From Chthonomonadales bacterium (GTDB lineage: Bacteria; Armatimonadota; Chthonomonadetes; Chthonomonadales; CAJBBX01), in contig JBMFSQ010000035.1 of NCBI GenBank assembly GCA_049967475.1, forward strand, positions 1 to 33,954: DNA of 33,954 nucleotides, in the 5' to 3' direction. Shown in pieces: positions 26,180 through 33,954 of the stretch; the first letter of the stretch is position 1; the number at the start of each line of letters is the position of its first letter. The notes beneath the pieces are model-generated. The model had not been told where the DNA came from. It made no database searches and saw only the letters and a list, made by a program, of their open reading frames with translations. A program made the translations under genes and the position numbers.

Positions 26180-27390
26180 GCGTAAGCAACCTACTGTGCG
26201 ATCATCGCGCGGGCAATGAGGCACTTCGATACGGACACTTGAGCGAGCATGGCGGCGCTCCGGCCGGGCGGCGGGTCGCCTTCGATCCGTTTCAGTTGGC
26301 TCCCAGACCTGTGGTGGTATGGGCGGTTACCCAGGCGTGCAACCTGAGGTGCGTTCACTGCTACGCAGCGGCGACACCGGGTCCCGCGGACGGGGAGTTG
26401 AGCCATGACGAGGGCATCGCGTTGCTCGACGACCTCAAAGGGTTTTCGGTGCCGGCTGTACTCTTTAGTGGCGGCGAGCCCCTGGTTCGTCCGGATGTGC
26501 TGGACCTCATTGCCTATGCGCAGTCTTTGGGCCTTGCCGCGACCCTTTCGACGAACGGCACCCTCATTGATGAAAAGATGGCGGAGAGGCTGGCGCAGAT
26601 GGGCCTCAGATACGCGGGCATCAGTATAGACGGGCTTCAGGTGCGCCATGACAAGCTGCGGGGTGTGGAGGGCGCTTTCCAGGCGACCTTGCGAGGCATC
26701 GAGAATTGCCGAGCGCACGGCATCAAGGTGGGCCTCCGCTTCACCGTGCATGCCCTCAACCAGCAGGATCTGGATGCGATCTTCGATTTGGCCGTAGAGC
26801 ACGGCATCCAGCGCCTCTGCATCTACCACCTGGCCTATGCGGGACGGGGCGGGAAGATGCAGAAAGTGGATCTAACGGCCGATCAAACACGCCGTGTTGT
26901 GGACCGCATCTTTGAACGCACGCGCCGGTGCCACGAAGCCGGCGTCCCTCTAGAGGTTCTCACGGTAGGGAACCATGCCGACGCAGCCTATATTCTGCTC
27001 CATCTGGAGCGAACGGATCCGGAGCGCGCGAAGGCTGTGGAGGCCCGCTTGCGCGGCACCGGAGGCAACAGGTCGGGTGCCAATATCGCAGCGATAGACC
27101 CGGTAGGAAACGTCCATTACGATCAATTCAGTTGGCATTACAATTGCGGCAATATCCGTGAGAAGCCCTTCAGCGCCCTATGGTCCGAGGCCTCCGATCC
27201 GCGCCTGAAGGCCCTTCGTGAGCGCCGAACACTTTTACCGGACCGCTGCCGGAACTGCCGCTTCTTGGATGTGTGCAACGGCAATCTGCGCACACGGGCT
27301 GAAGCGGCAACGGGCGATTGGATGGGTATGGACCCAAGCTGCTATCTCACAGACGACGAGGTATTCTCCCGCCGACCTGTAGCTGCTTGA
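26173..27390 (+). CDS. ahbC: Radical SAM protein AhbC/NirJ1-like (12,18-didecarboxysiroheme deacetylase)
   Basis: AhbC-type N-terminus 'MLSVSNL....EALRYG', 'PVVVW..TQACNLRCVHCYA', 'YHL.YAGRG', 'EVLTVGNHAD', 'GN.SG..IA.ID..G.VH.DQF' and 'C..C.FLDVCNGN.R.RA...DPSCYL'. Overlaps the upstream stop codon. Confidence 0.8.
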   Translation: MLSVSNLLCDHRAGNEALRYGHLSEHGGAPAGRRVAFDPFQLAPRPVVVWAVTQACNLRCVHCYAAATPGPADGELSHDEGIALLDDLKGFSVPAVLFSGGEPLVRPDVLDLIAYAQSLGLAATLSTNGTLIDEKMAERLAQMGLRYAGISIDGLQVRHDKLRGVEGAFQATLRGIENCRAHGIKVGLRFTVHALNQQDLDAIFDLAVEHGIQRLCIYHLAYAGRGGKMQKVDLTADQTRRVVDRIFERTRRCHEAGVPLEVLTVGNHADAAYILLHLERTDPERAKAVEARLRGTGGNRSGANIAAIDPVGNVHYDQFSWHYNCGNIREKPFSALWSEASDPRLKALRERRTLLPDRCRNCRFLDVCNGNLRTRAEAATGDWMGMDPSCYLTDDEVFSRRPVAA

Positions 27391-27410
27391 GACCGCCGGA
27401 ATATGGGTGT

Positions 27411-27454
27411 GGTGTGGGGCTTGCGTTGGGATGACCCCTTTGTTGCCCCACACC
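27411..27454. terminator. Inverted repeat between convergent ahbC and tauE
   Basis: GGTGTGGGGC (27411-27420) and GCCCCACACC (27445-27454) form a perfect 10-bp stem; there is no long U-tract. Confidence 0.5.
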
Positions 27455-27490
27455 GCCCGTCGCTACTCGCCATTGCCGAGTCGCCATTGG

Positions 27491-28258
27491 CTACAACTTC
27501 CACAAGAAGTAGACGGTGAGGCAACTCCCTACTGCAATGACGAAGGCGCGCACGTACGTTTGCCCCACGCGCTGAGCTCCCTTGGCGCCGAAGTAGCCTC
27601 CCAGAATGGATCCGCCAACCATGACTGCGGCATGGGGCCAATAGACAGCTCGAGCCGCAATGAAGATTGCCACTGCCACACCATTAATGAGGGCGCCGAG
27701 AAGCGTCTTGAGGCCGTTCATCGCGTGGATATTCTCGATCCCTAGAAATGCCAGCATGGCCAGCATCACGATGCCGATGCCGCCTCCGAAGTACCCTCCG
27801 TACACCGAGATGATGAACTGCAGCACGGCAGCGCCGGCCGTGACGCGCCAAGACACGTGTCCGGCGCGGGCCATAGGAATTTGGGCGCGCCGCGTAATGC
27901 TTGGACCGAATGCAAACAGCAGGGTCGCTGCCAGCATAAGGAACGGGAGAACGGTCATGAATGTTCTTTCGGGTGTATGGAGGAGGATTTCCGAGCCCAG
28001 GAACCCCCCGGCAAGGCTCACGGATGCTAACGTCAGGAGCACAGGGCGTTGTGCGCTCAGCTCATCTCGGTATGCGGCAACGCTGGCAACAGTACCCGGC
28101 CAGAGTGCTACGGTGTTGGTGGCATTTGCCTGGATAGGCGGCACCCCTGCGTAGAGAAGCGCCGGGAACGAGATGAAGCTGCCCCCGCCGGCGACGGAAT
28201 TCAAGGCTCCGGCAAGCACGGCTGCGGTAAAAAGGATGGTCCCTTCAGGGAGAGTCAT
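27491..28258 (-). CDS. Sulfite exporter TauE/SafE family membrane protein
   Basis: 'AGALNSVAGGGSFISFPAL..G.PP..ANATN', 'YGGYFGGGIG' and 'NGLK'; about 8 TMs. Start is 28258 or 28282. Confidence 0.9.
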   Translation of the reverse strand: MTLPEGTILFTAAVLAGALNSVAGGGSFISFPALLYAGVPPIQANATNTVALWPGTVASVAAYRDELSAQRPVLLTLASVSLAGGFLGSEILLHTPERTFMTVLPFLMLAATLLFAFGPSITRRAQIPMARAGHVSWRVTAGAAVLQFIISVYGGYFGGGIGIVMLAMLAFLGIENIHAMNGLKTLLGALINGVAVAIFIAARAVYWPHAAVMVGGSILGGYFGAKGAQRVGQTYVRAFVIAVGSCLTVYFLWKL

Positions 28259-30809
28259 GGCAAGTAGTACCCCGTATTCCATTGTGGCGGAAACCACGGC
28301 TGGGGCCGGTTCCGGCGCAATTCTCAACGTCGCTTCTGGGCAAAGCAGCCACCATGGATGAAATGGATTCGCCTGAGCTAATGCTTGGGTCGGACCCGCC
28401 GCCGGTTGCTGCCTCGCCCGGCAAGGGTTGATTTGCGCCGTCCGACCGGGTGGGACCGCGTCCGGGCAGGCCGCCTGCGGGTCTCGGGTCAAGTGTGCCA
28501 CCCCCTGCGCATTGGCTCATTTGTGTTACCGACCAGATCAGGTTCACCACGTCATCCTTGAAGACGTCGTCGTGACTGCCGCCCGCCGCCGGGTGTCCTT
28601 CATACATGACGCGGCTTGCATCCAGGTTCAAGAGCCAAGGAGGATCCCCAGGATCTCCGTGCGACGTGAAAGCCGGAAGCAGGTTCGGCGGATGGGCGAG
28701 AGAGGCGAAGAGACCCCCCACGGCCAAGCGGCGGACCGGAAAGGATGCTACACAGTGCTGCAGGTTGCCGTCGGAGGGATTACCGTGTTGGCCGAAGCCA
28801 AAGCGGGCTCGCCTCTTCCGTGGGGCGGCTGCTACGATGCCGCTGGTTCCGGCAGATGTACGCGCCCGATTGGCAAAGGGGTAGTAGAAGCTGTTGGCCG
28901 TGTCGTAGCGGGAGAAGATGCATCCCAAGGCGCCCTTTAGCCTCCCGAGCATCGAAAGTTCTGCGTCAAACCAATCGGCCGCCATGGCCGGAGACAGCAA
29001 ACAGAGGCTGTGGATGTTCCGCTGGTGTTCCAAGGCGAGGTGCCTGGCAGCGTTCGCCGCGGCGAGTGCGCCGAAGCTGTGCCCGATGAGATGAATGCGG
29101 GCCCCTTGCACACGATCGCAGGCAGCTCCCAAACGCGCGAGGAAATCGGCGGTGCGCCGCCCCGTTTCTACGGCCGTGCGCTGCATGGTCCAAAACGCCA
29201 GTTGCTTGATGATCGCCGAGGCTAAAGCGGAGAGAGAACGGTCCGCCCGTGATGAGCGGATGAGCCAGGCGGCCGGGCGCGCCGTCCAGCAGGCCAGCCG
29301 CTCCAAAAGTGTGCGTCGGGGAGCGCAGCATGCCTCCGGCCGGCGGTTGCGGAGGCCGATGCGCTCGTCAAAGAGCCCCAAGCGGCTGCCGCTCAATCCT
29401 CCCAACAGGTAGAACGCAGTGCATGCTAAGAGCAGCAAAGCAAGGCGCGGGATCTGCAGGGTCACCCACAAGAAGCCGGCGAGGGCGGGCCCACATAGGC
29501 TGATAGCCGGCGTGGCAGAGGTGTCGCCTATCGAAACGTCAACGGCGCCGCTTGCCGGTGTAAAGGGCGCTTCAGCCGCGGCAGCGCGCCCCAAGGACCC
29601 GGCTGACTGTTCGGTGCCGCCGCGCCCCGTGCGATGATCGCCGTTGCCCCATAACCGAGGGATTGGCGGCGATATGCCTTCGGCTTCAAAAGGGTCGCCT
29701 TCCGTGGCCCCGCCGATGCGGAAGCAGGCCCAAGCGAGCATCTGGATGGCCAGCCATGCGGCGCCGACACCCCACCAAGAGGCGGCACCTGCCGCGTGTA
29801 GAGCCGACCGCATCCACCCGGTGACAGGGTGCCAAAAGGCCGCAACCACCAGACATGCGGAGGCCAAGATCCCTGCGGCCGAAAGCCCAAACTGAAGGAG
29901 GTTGAGGATTGCTGCAATGGGCCCCAGGATCGGCGTGGGCGCGGTGTGTTGGTCCGTCAAAATGCCTTCGGCTTGGGCCTCATGCCAGCACATCCAGGCG
30001 ACTGCCGACTTCTCAGCGGGCGTTCCATCCTCGCCATCACGCAAGCGGTAGCGGTCCAACACCTTGTCGAGCCTGGGGCCTAAGGACCGCGTGTTCCAGG
30101 AACCGAGGGCCGGCACGTCGGGTGCGCACATGCGGGCGAAGAGTTCGTAGATATCCTCAAAATCCTGGATGAAGCGGCGCCTGCGGCTTTGCTTCGGCAC
30201 GAAGGCGGCCCGCGCATGATCGAGAAAGGAAGCCTTGCGGCGCCTTCCGGCGGGATCCACCCATCCATCCTCCCCAGGGTCGGAGTGCCAATGAATGCTA
30301 AGGAACAGAGGCGCGTAGCCCTTGGAAGGCCGGATGCGCCCTCGGCGGCGTAGAAGGACCAACCGCGCGGCGATGCGGTCATAGGCGGCGACGGCGGCAA
30401 GGAAGTTCCGATGCCAGCCGTGGGTGATGACGTAGATATCGGTGATGGTTCGGCTGCCGCGCGCCGTCCACGCAACGATGCGCTGCCGGACGCGTTCCGC
30501 CAGTTCCGGTACGTCCAGGGGCACGAGAAAGTACGGACGGGCCTCGATGAGCACGTCCGGACGGTCCGGCCCGATCTCGAACACATCCCGCGGAGCGGCC
30601 ATTCCTTCCTGCATGGCGCGGGCTATGGTTTCGGGACCTACCACGCCGTCCGCTTCGATGCCCGCTTTGCGCTGGAAGGCTCGCGTTGCCCAGGCCGTGT
30701 CTGGGCCGAATACGCCATCCACCGGACCGGTGTAGAGGCGCTTCCGCCGCAAGAAGGATTGCCACTGCGCCACCGACGCAGCCGATGTGCCTAATCGCAT
30801 CACGCGCAT
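28245..30809 (-). CDS. Peptidoglycan-binding domain + alpha/beta hydrolase interrupted by a transmembrane insertion
   Basis: PG_binding_1 'G....V..WQ..L...DGVFG..T..A..AFQ...GI.ADGVVGPET'; 'ITHGW' (30414-30422); 'IHW.S'; 'HLIGHSFG' (29070-29084); 'SRYD.A'; 'GGSH' (28572-28574). Hydrophobic helices lie between the two halves. Confidence 0.7.
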   Translation of the reverse strand: MRVMRLGTSAASVAQWQSFLRRKRLYTGPVDGVFGPDTAWATRAFQRKAGIEADGVVGPETIARAMQEGMAAPRDVFEIGPDRPDVLIEARPYFLVPLDVPELAERVRQRIVAWTARGSRTITDIYVITHGWHRNFLAAVAAYDRIAARLVLLRRRGRIRPSKGYAPLFLSIHWHSDPGEDGWVDPAGRRRKASFLDHARAAFVPKQSRRRRFIQDFEDIYELFARMCAPDVPALGSWNTRSLGPRLDKVLDRYRLRDGEDGTPAEKSAVAWMCWHEAQAEGILTDQHTAPTPILGPIAAILNLLQFGLSAAGILASACLVVAAFWHPVTGWMRSALHAAGAASWWGVGAAWLAIQMLAWACFRIGGATEGDPFEAEGISPPIPRLWGNGDHRTGRGGTEQSAGSLGRAAAAEAPFTPASGAVDVSIGDTSATPAISLCGPALAGFLWVTLQIPRLALLLLACTAFYLLGGLSGSRLGLFDERIGLRNRRPEACCAPRRTLLERLACWTARPAAWLIRSSRADRSLSALASAIIKQLAFWTMQRTAVETGRRTADFLARLGAACDRVQGARIHLIGHSFGALAAANAARHLALEHQRNIHSLCLLSPAMAADWFDAELSMLGRLKGALGCIFSRYDTANSFYYPFANRARTSAGTSGIVAAAPRKRRARFGFGQHGNPSDGNLQHCVASFPVRRLAVGGLFASLAHPPNLLPAFTSHGDPGDPPWLLNLDASRVMYEGHPAAGGSHDDVFKDDVVNLIWSVTQMSQCAGGGTLDPRPAGGLPGRGPTRSDGANQPLPGEAATGGGSDPSISSGESISSMVAALPRSDVENCAGTGPSRGFRHNGIRGTTCHDSP

Positions 30810-30868
30810 GGGGTTCCTGCCGGGCTGCTCATGGAGCGAGTGAAAGGGAAGGGCCGCGACTGCCTGCG

Positions 30869-31906
30869 TCATGGTTTTGCGGCATGAACCACGGTGTAGG
30901 GCAGCGGGGGTGGGAGGCGCCGAACGCTGATATTCCGGAAGCCTGCTGCCTCGAGCCAGCACGCCAGGTCGCCCTCGGTAAATACTTGGCCTTCGGCCGT
31001 GCTGAGGAGCATCTGGAGCGAAAAGAGGGCAGCGAAGGCGGGCTGCGAACGCGTTTCATCCAGCATGACGTCGCTCACGACCACACGGCCCCCGGCTGTT
31101 AGGGATCTGTGCGCTCCTCCCAACATCTTTCGGACGTTCTGTTCCGACATCTGGTGGAGTACTCCGGAAAACAGAACGGCATCATAGTGCCCTGCCCCGT
31201 ATTCCCCCAGCGTTGCATCCCCGGGCATCACTGTGATGCGGTGGGCGAGGCCGTCTTCGGCGATGAGTTCCTGGGCGATGGCGGCCACCCCGGGCAAATC
31301 GAGGATCGTCACGTGGAGCTTGGGGTACTGTTCCACAAGAAGCCTCGCGTAAGCGCCGGGACCGCCCCCCACGTCCAGAAGGCGCCGGCACTCCTCGAGA
31401 TCCATGAAGCGGACCACAGCTCGGGCCATTCCCAAGGCCCGCTCGCGCATGGCAAGGACGAAGGTACGGGTTTGTTGGGGATCCGTGCCGAGGTGCTCCG
31501 CGGGAGCAGCAGCGGGCAGGCCGGTACGCACGGAATGGGCCAGCCGGCCCCACATGGCGTACTGATCTTGGGCCCATGAGATGGCGGTACCCAAAGTGCC
31601 GGGCTTCCCGGGAACCAGATATTGGGCCGACGCCGGCGTGAGGGCGTATCCGTCCGGCGTATGCTTCAAGAGGCCCAATCCGCAGCAGGCATCCAGCAGA
31701 AGGCGGAGGCCGCGGGGATCCGCGTGAAGATCCGCCGCGAGGGCATCGAGAGGCTTCGGGCCGCGCGCCAGGGGTGAGAAGATGCCCAGTTCGTTGGCAG
31801 CCAGCAGGGTCGCCGAGGCCCAATAGGCGGTGGCCAGCTCCATGATGGGCGTTGGGTCCACATAATTGCTCTTGCCGGGGGGCGTTGCACTAGGGTTCAC
31901 GAGCAT
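30869..31906 (-). CDS. SAM-dependent O-methyltransferase family 2 (dimerisation + methyltransferase domains)
   Basis: N-terminal wHTH 'AANELGIF..L...LA..L....RGLR.LLDA...GLL', 'LLDVGGGPG', 'LDLP.V', 'PGD' and 'VLH'; GGAGG RBS. Confidence 0.9.
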   Translation of the reverse strand: MLVNPSATPPGKSNYVDPTPIMELATAYWASATLLAANELGIFSPLARGPKPLDALAADLHADPRGLRLLLDACCGLGLLKHTPDGYALTPASAQYLVPGKPGTLGTAISWAQDQYAMWGRLAHSVRTGLPAAAPAEHLGTDPQQTRTFVLAMRERALGMARAVVRFMDLEECRRLLDVGGGPGAYARLLVEQYPKLHVTILDLPGVAAIAQELIAEDGLAHRITVMPGDATLGEYGAGHYDAVLFSGVLHQMSEQNVRKMLGGAHRSLTAGGRVVVSDVMLDETRSQPAFAALFSLQMLLSTAEGQVFTEGDLACWLEAAGFRNISVRRLPPPLPYTVVHAAKP

Positions 31907-32298
31907 TCCTCCGAAAGGATGAGGGACCGCAGAGGTGCCGCACGGTCCCGCAGATGTCGGATGCTATTGTGACACGCACCGCGCGCGTTTCGGCGCTTGG
32001 GCGAAGAAGCCACCTGCCGGTGCGGGCAAGGGAACGCGGTAAAAAATATCCATTCCAAGCGGCCAAACCCGCAGTTTGGCGCACTTCTTGCAGTGACATA
32101 CAAATGACAAAGCGCCCCGGGTCGGCGCAGCCGGAGGGGCGCGCACAACGGTCAGTTCCCGCTTCAGGACGTAGCGATTTGACGGTTTCTTAGCGGCGTC
32201 GTTGGAAGAAACAACCGGGTAAGGCAGCTCTGCCGTGCGCTTCAGGGGCGGCCGGGCTGGTTTGGGAACAACTCATCATCCCGAAAAGGAGAAAGACC

Positions 32299-33168
32299 AT
32301 GCCATGTCGCTCTGCAGTCGCCCGAAGGCACTGCGCGGGTGCCGTGTCATTCGGCCCCGGTATAGGGTTCACACTCCTCGAACTGCTCGTGGTCATCGCG
32401 ATTATCGCGATCCTGGCGGCTATTCTCTTCCCCGTGTTCGCACGGGCCCGCGCCATGGCCCGCCAGGCAGCCTGTATGAGCAACCAGAAGCAGGTGGCCC
32501 TGGGAATCATGATGTATATCCAGGACTACGATGAGCGCACTCCCCGCGCTGTGAACAACGCTTCCCCTGCCGATAAGCTGGATGTGCGCCTCCTTCCCAG
32601 GCTGGCAGGCGATAACGCCTTCCTGGCCGCAAACCCCGCCGTGGGCCGCCCGGAGGGCTTCCTCTATGCGTACATCCGCAATGAGGCCGTGTGGCGCTGC
32701 CCCGAGGATCCTACCACCATCCGATCCGACATCCTTAACACCAACGGCTCGCTCTGCATCGCCAACGCCACAAGCTATCATCTGAACCTCTATCTGACCG
32801 GCAGCGTGGTGGACGGCGTGAATGAATGGACCAGCGGAGACGGCCTCACCTACGCCGCAGTGCCCCGCATCTCCCAAACCATCCTCGCCCGGGATGGAGA
32901 CGCCAGCGACGGCACCAACGTCATCAACAACACTGCCATCGGCGGCGCCCTCATCGGCGAGCAGCTCTATACCCGCCATAGCGACCATACCCAGGCGGTG
33001 CGGCACGGCGGCAAGGGCAATTACATCATGCTGGACGGCCATGTGAAAACTCTGCCCCCAAGCTGGGTGAGCCCTATGGCCGCAGATGACGACCCCGAGC
33101 ATCCATGCCCCGGCTGCCCGGACCAGGTGAACCCGAACGCCATCGCATTTTGGAACATCGTCCAATGA
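32299..33168 (+). CDS. Prepilin-type N-terminal cleavage/methylation + DUF1559 + H-X9-DG protein
   Basis: '[29 protein letters not shown]', 'C.SN.KQ.....MY.QDYDE', 'WRCPED' and '[15 protein letters not shown]'; AAGGAG RBS. Confidence 0.92.
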   Translation: MPCRSAVARRHCAGAVSFGPGIGFTLLELLVVIAIIAILAAILFPVFARARAMARQAACMSNQKQVALGIMMYIQDYDERTPRAVNNASPADKLDVRLLPRLAGDNAFLAANPAVGRPEGFLYAYIRNEAVWRCPEDPTTIRSDILNTNGSLCIANATSYHLNLYLTGSVVDGVNEWTSGDGLTYAAVPRISQTILARDGDASDGTNVINNTAIGGALIGEQLYTRHSDHTQAVRHGGKGNYIMLDGHVKTLPPSWVSPMAADDDPEHPCPGCPDQVNPNAIAFWNIVQ

Positions 33169-33187
33169 CTCGAGACCGTGCACGTTT

Positions 33188-33206
33188 GGGGAAGGCAGGC
33201 TTCCCC
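33188..33206 (+). other. Intergenic hairpin between the two DUF1559 genes
   Basis: GGGGAAG / CTTCCCC stem with a 5-nt loop and no U-tract. Confidence 0.35.
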
Positions 33207-33224
33207 GAGAAGGGAGTTACGAAC

Positions 33225-33887
33225 ATGCATAGCGCCCCGAAGAGGGCCTTTACACTCATCGAGTTGCTCGTGGTGATTGCCATCATCGCCATCCTTGCAG
33301 CCATGCTCTTCCCGGTCTTCGCGCGAGCCCGGGAGGCAGCCCGCCGCACGGCGTGCACCTCGAACCTCCGGCAGTTGGGAGCGGCTCTCACCATGTATCT
33401 TCAGGACTACGATGAGACCTTCCCGGTGGCCAACTTCAACGACATGATCTACGGGTATCCGCCTCAGGTGCACGTGGACGGCCAGGGCAAGCCCATCACC
33501 CTGAAATCCGTCACGGAGCCCTATGTGCGCAACCAGGGCGTTTTCTGGTGCCCCACGATGCGCGGGCAGGGCGGCAGAGCCCAGGTGTATCCCACGGATT
33601 ACAACTACCTGTGCGCCCATGGCTGGCATCTGGTACCGGGCTTCACCAGTTTCGACAACGACACGTCCGGCGTCTGCGCGCATCCCCTTGCTGCCATCGG
33701 CCGAACCGCCCAGAAGCCCATGGTGGTTTGTGACGGCCTAGGTGAACACCTCGGGGTGTCTACAAAGGATGTCTACATGAAGGGGCTCCTCGGCGGCCAA
33801 AACATCTGCTACGTGGACGGCCACGTGAAGATGACGCCGGGGACGTTCCGAGATATTGTAGCGCTCTACATGGCGCCAAACAACTAG
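33225..33887 (+). CDS. Prepilin-type N-terminal cleavage/methylation + DUF1559 protein
   Basis: '[43 protein letters not shown]...MYLQDYDE', 'FWCP' and 'N..YVDGHVK'; AGGGAG RBS before ATG 33225. Confidence 0.92.
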   Translation: MHSAPKRAFTLIELLVVIAIIAILAAMLFPVFARAREAARRTACTSNLRQLGAALTMYLQDYDETFPVANFNDMIYGYPPQVHVDGQGKPITLKSVTEPYVRNQGVFWCPTMRGQGGRAQVYPTDYNYLCAHGWHLVPGFTSFDNDTSGVCAHPLAAIGRTAQKPMVVCDGLGEHLGVSTKDVYMKGLLGGQNICYVDGHVKMTPGTFRDIVALYMAPNN

Positions 33888-33902
33888 AAAGGAGGGTGGG
33901 TC

Positions 33903-33954
33903 ATGACGATCATGCAGGCAGGCTTCGGAATTCTCGTCCTGTTGATGCCGGCGG
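33903..33954 (+). CDS. N-terminus of a probably secreted protein (runs off the window)
   Basis: Strong AAAGGAGGG RBS then MTIMQAGFGILVLLMPA, which resembles a signal peptide. Confidence 0.55.
   Translation, partial: MTIMQAGFGILVLLMPA

Noticed and set aside
32028..32075. 'AAGGGAACGCGGTAAAAAATATCC' resembling a cobalamin riboswitch core
   Set aside because: The complementary stem and the downstream 'CCC.C.ACTGT' and B12-box elements are absent.
32060..32145. 'GGCCAAACCC' plus hairpins as a c-di-GMP-I riboswitch
   Set aside because: No GNRA loop/receptor pair and no 'GCAAA...GGUCUAA' second stem.
1..33954. CRISPR arrays, tRNA/rRNA, IS elements, prophage or defence systems
   Set aside because: No regularly spaced repeats, cloverleaf motifs, or transposase, integrase or nuclease signatures were seen by eye on either strand.

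Overview
GC-rich (roughly 60-65%) bacterial chromosomal window, most likely Armatimonadota, judged from two tandem prepilin/DUF1559 proteins with the '[10 protein letters not shown]...C.SN..Q.....MY.QDYDE' signature. No rRNA, tRNA, CRISPR array, transposase, integrase or phage gene was seen. Left to right: a 5'-truncated, apparently degenerate aldo/keto reductase; an ECF sigma / zinc anti-sigma / RseB(MucB)-like operon with its own ECF-type promoter; a DegT-family aminotransferase; a cytochrome c maturation cluster ccmABCDEF of the System I* type (CcmE CxxxY, plus a 42-aa ccmD missing from the ORF track); two divergent Gfo/Idh/MocA oxidoreductases; two coupled small membrane proteins; a truncated, catalytically degenerate GH2-like protein; an isochorismatase/nicotinamidase; der; phhB; a three-gene sugar ABC transporter; an Rrf2 regulator divergent from a ric (frameshifted in a C7 run)-ywiC-hemerythrin-radical SAM-ahbC cluster, with interdigitated promoters and twin palindromic operators readable in the DNA; tauE; a peptidoglycan-binding / membrane-split alpha/beta-hydrolase; an O-methyltransferase; and the start of a DUF1559 pseudopilin-like cluster. 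The best candidates for undescribed biology are the Rrf2-controlled module joining Fe-S repair to alternative haem synthesis, and the PG-binding split hydrolase. All family calls come from motif recognition, not database searches.
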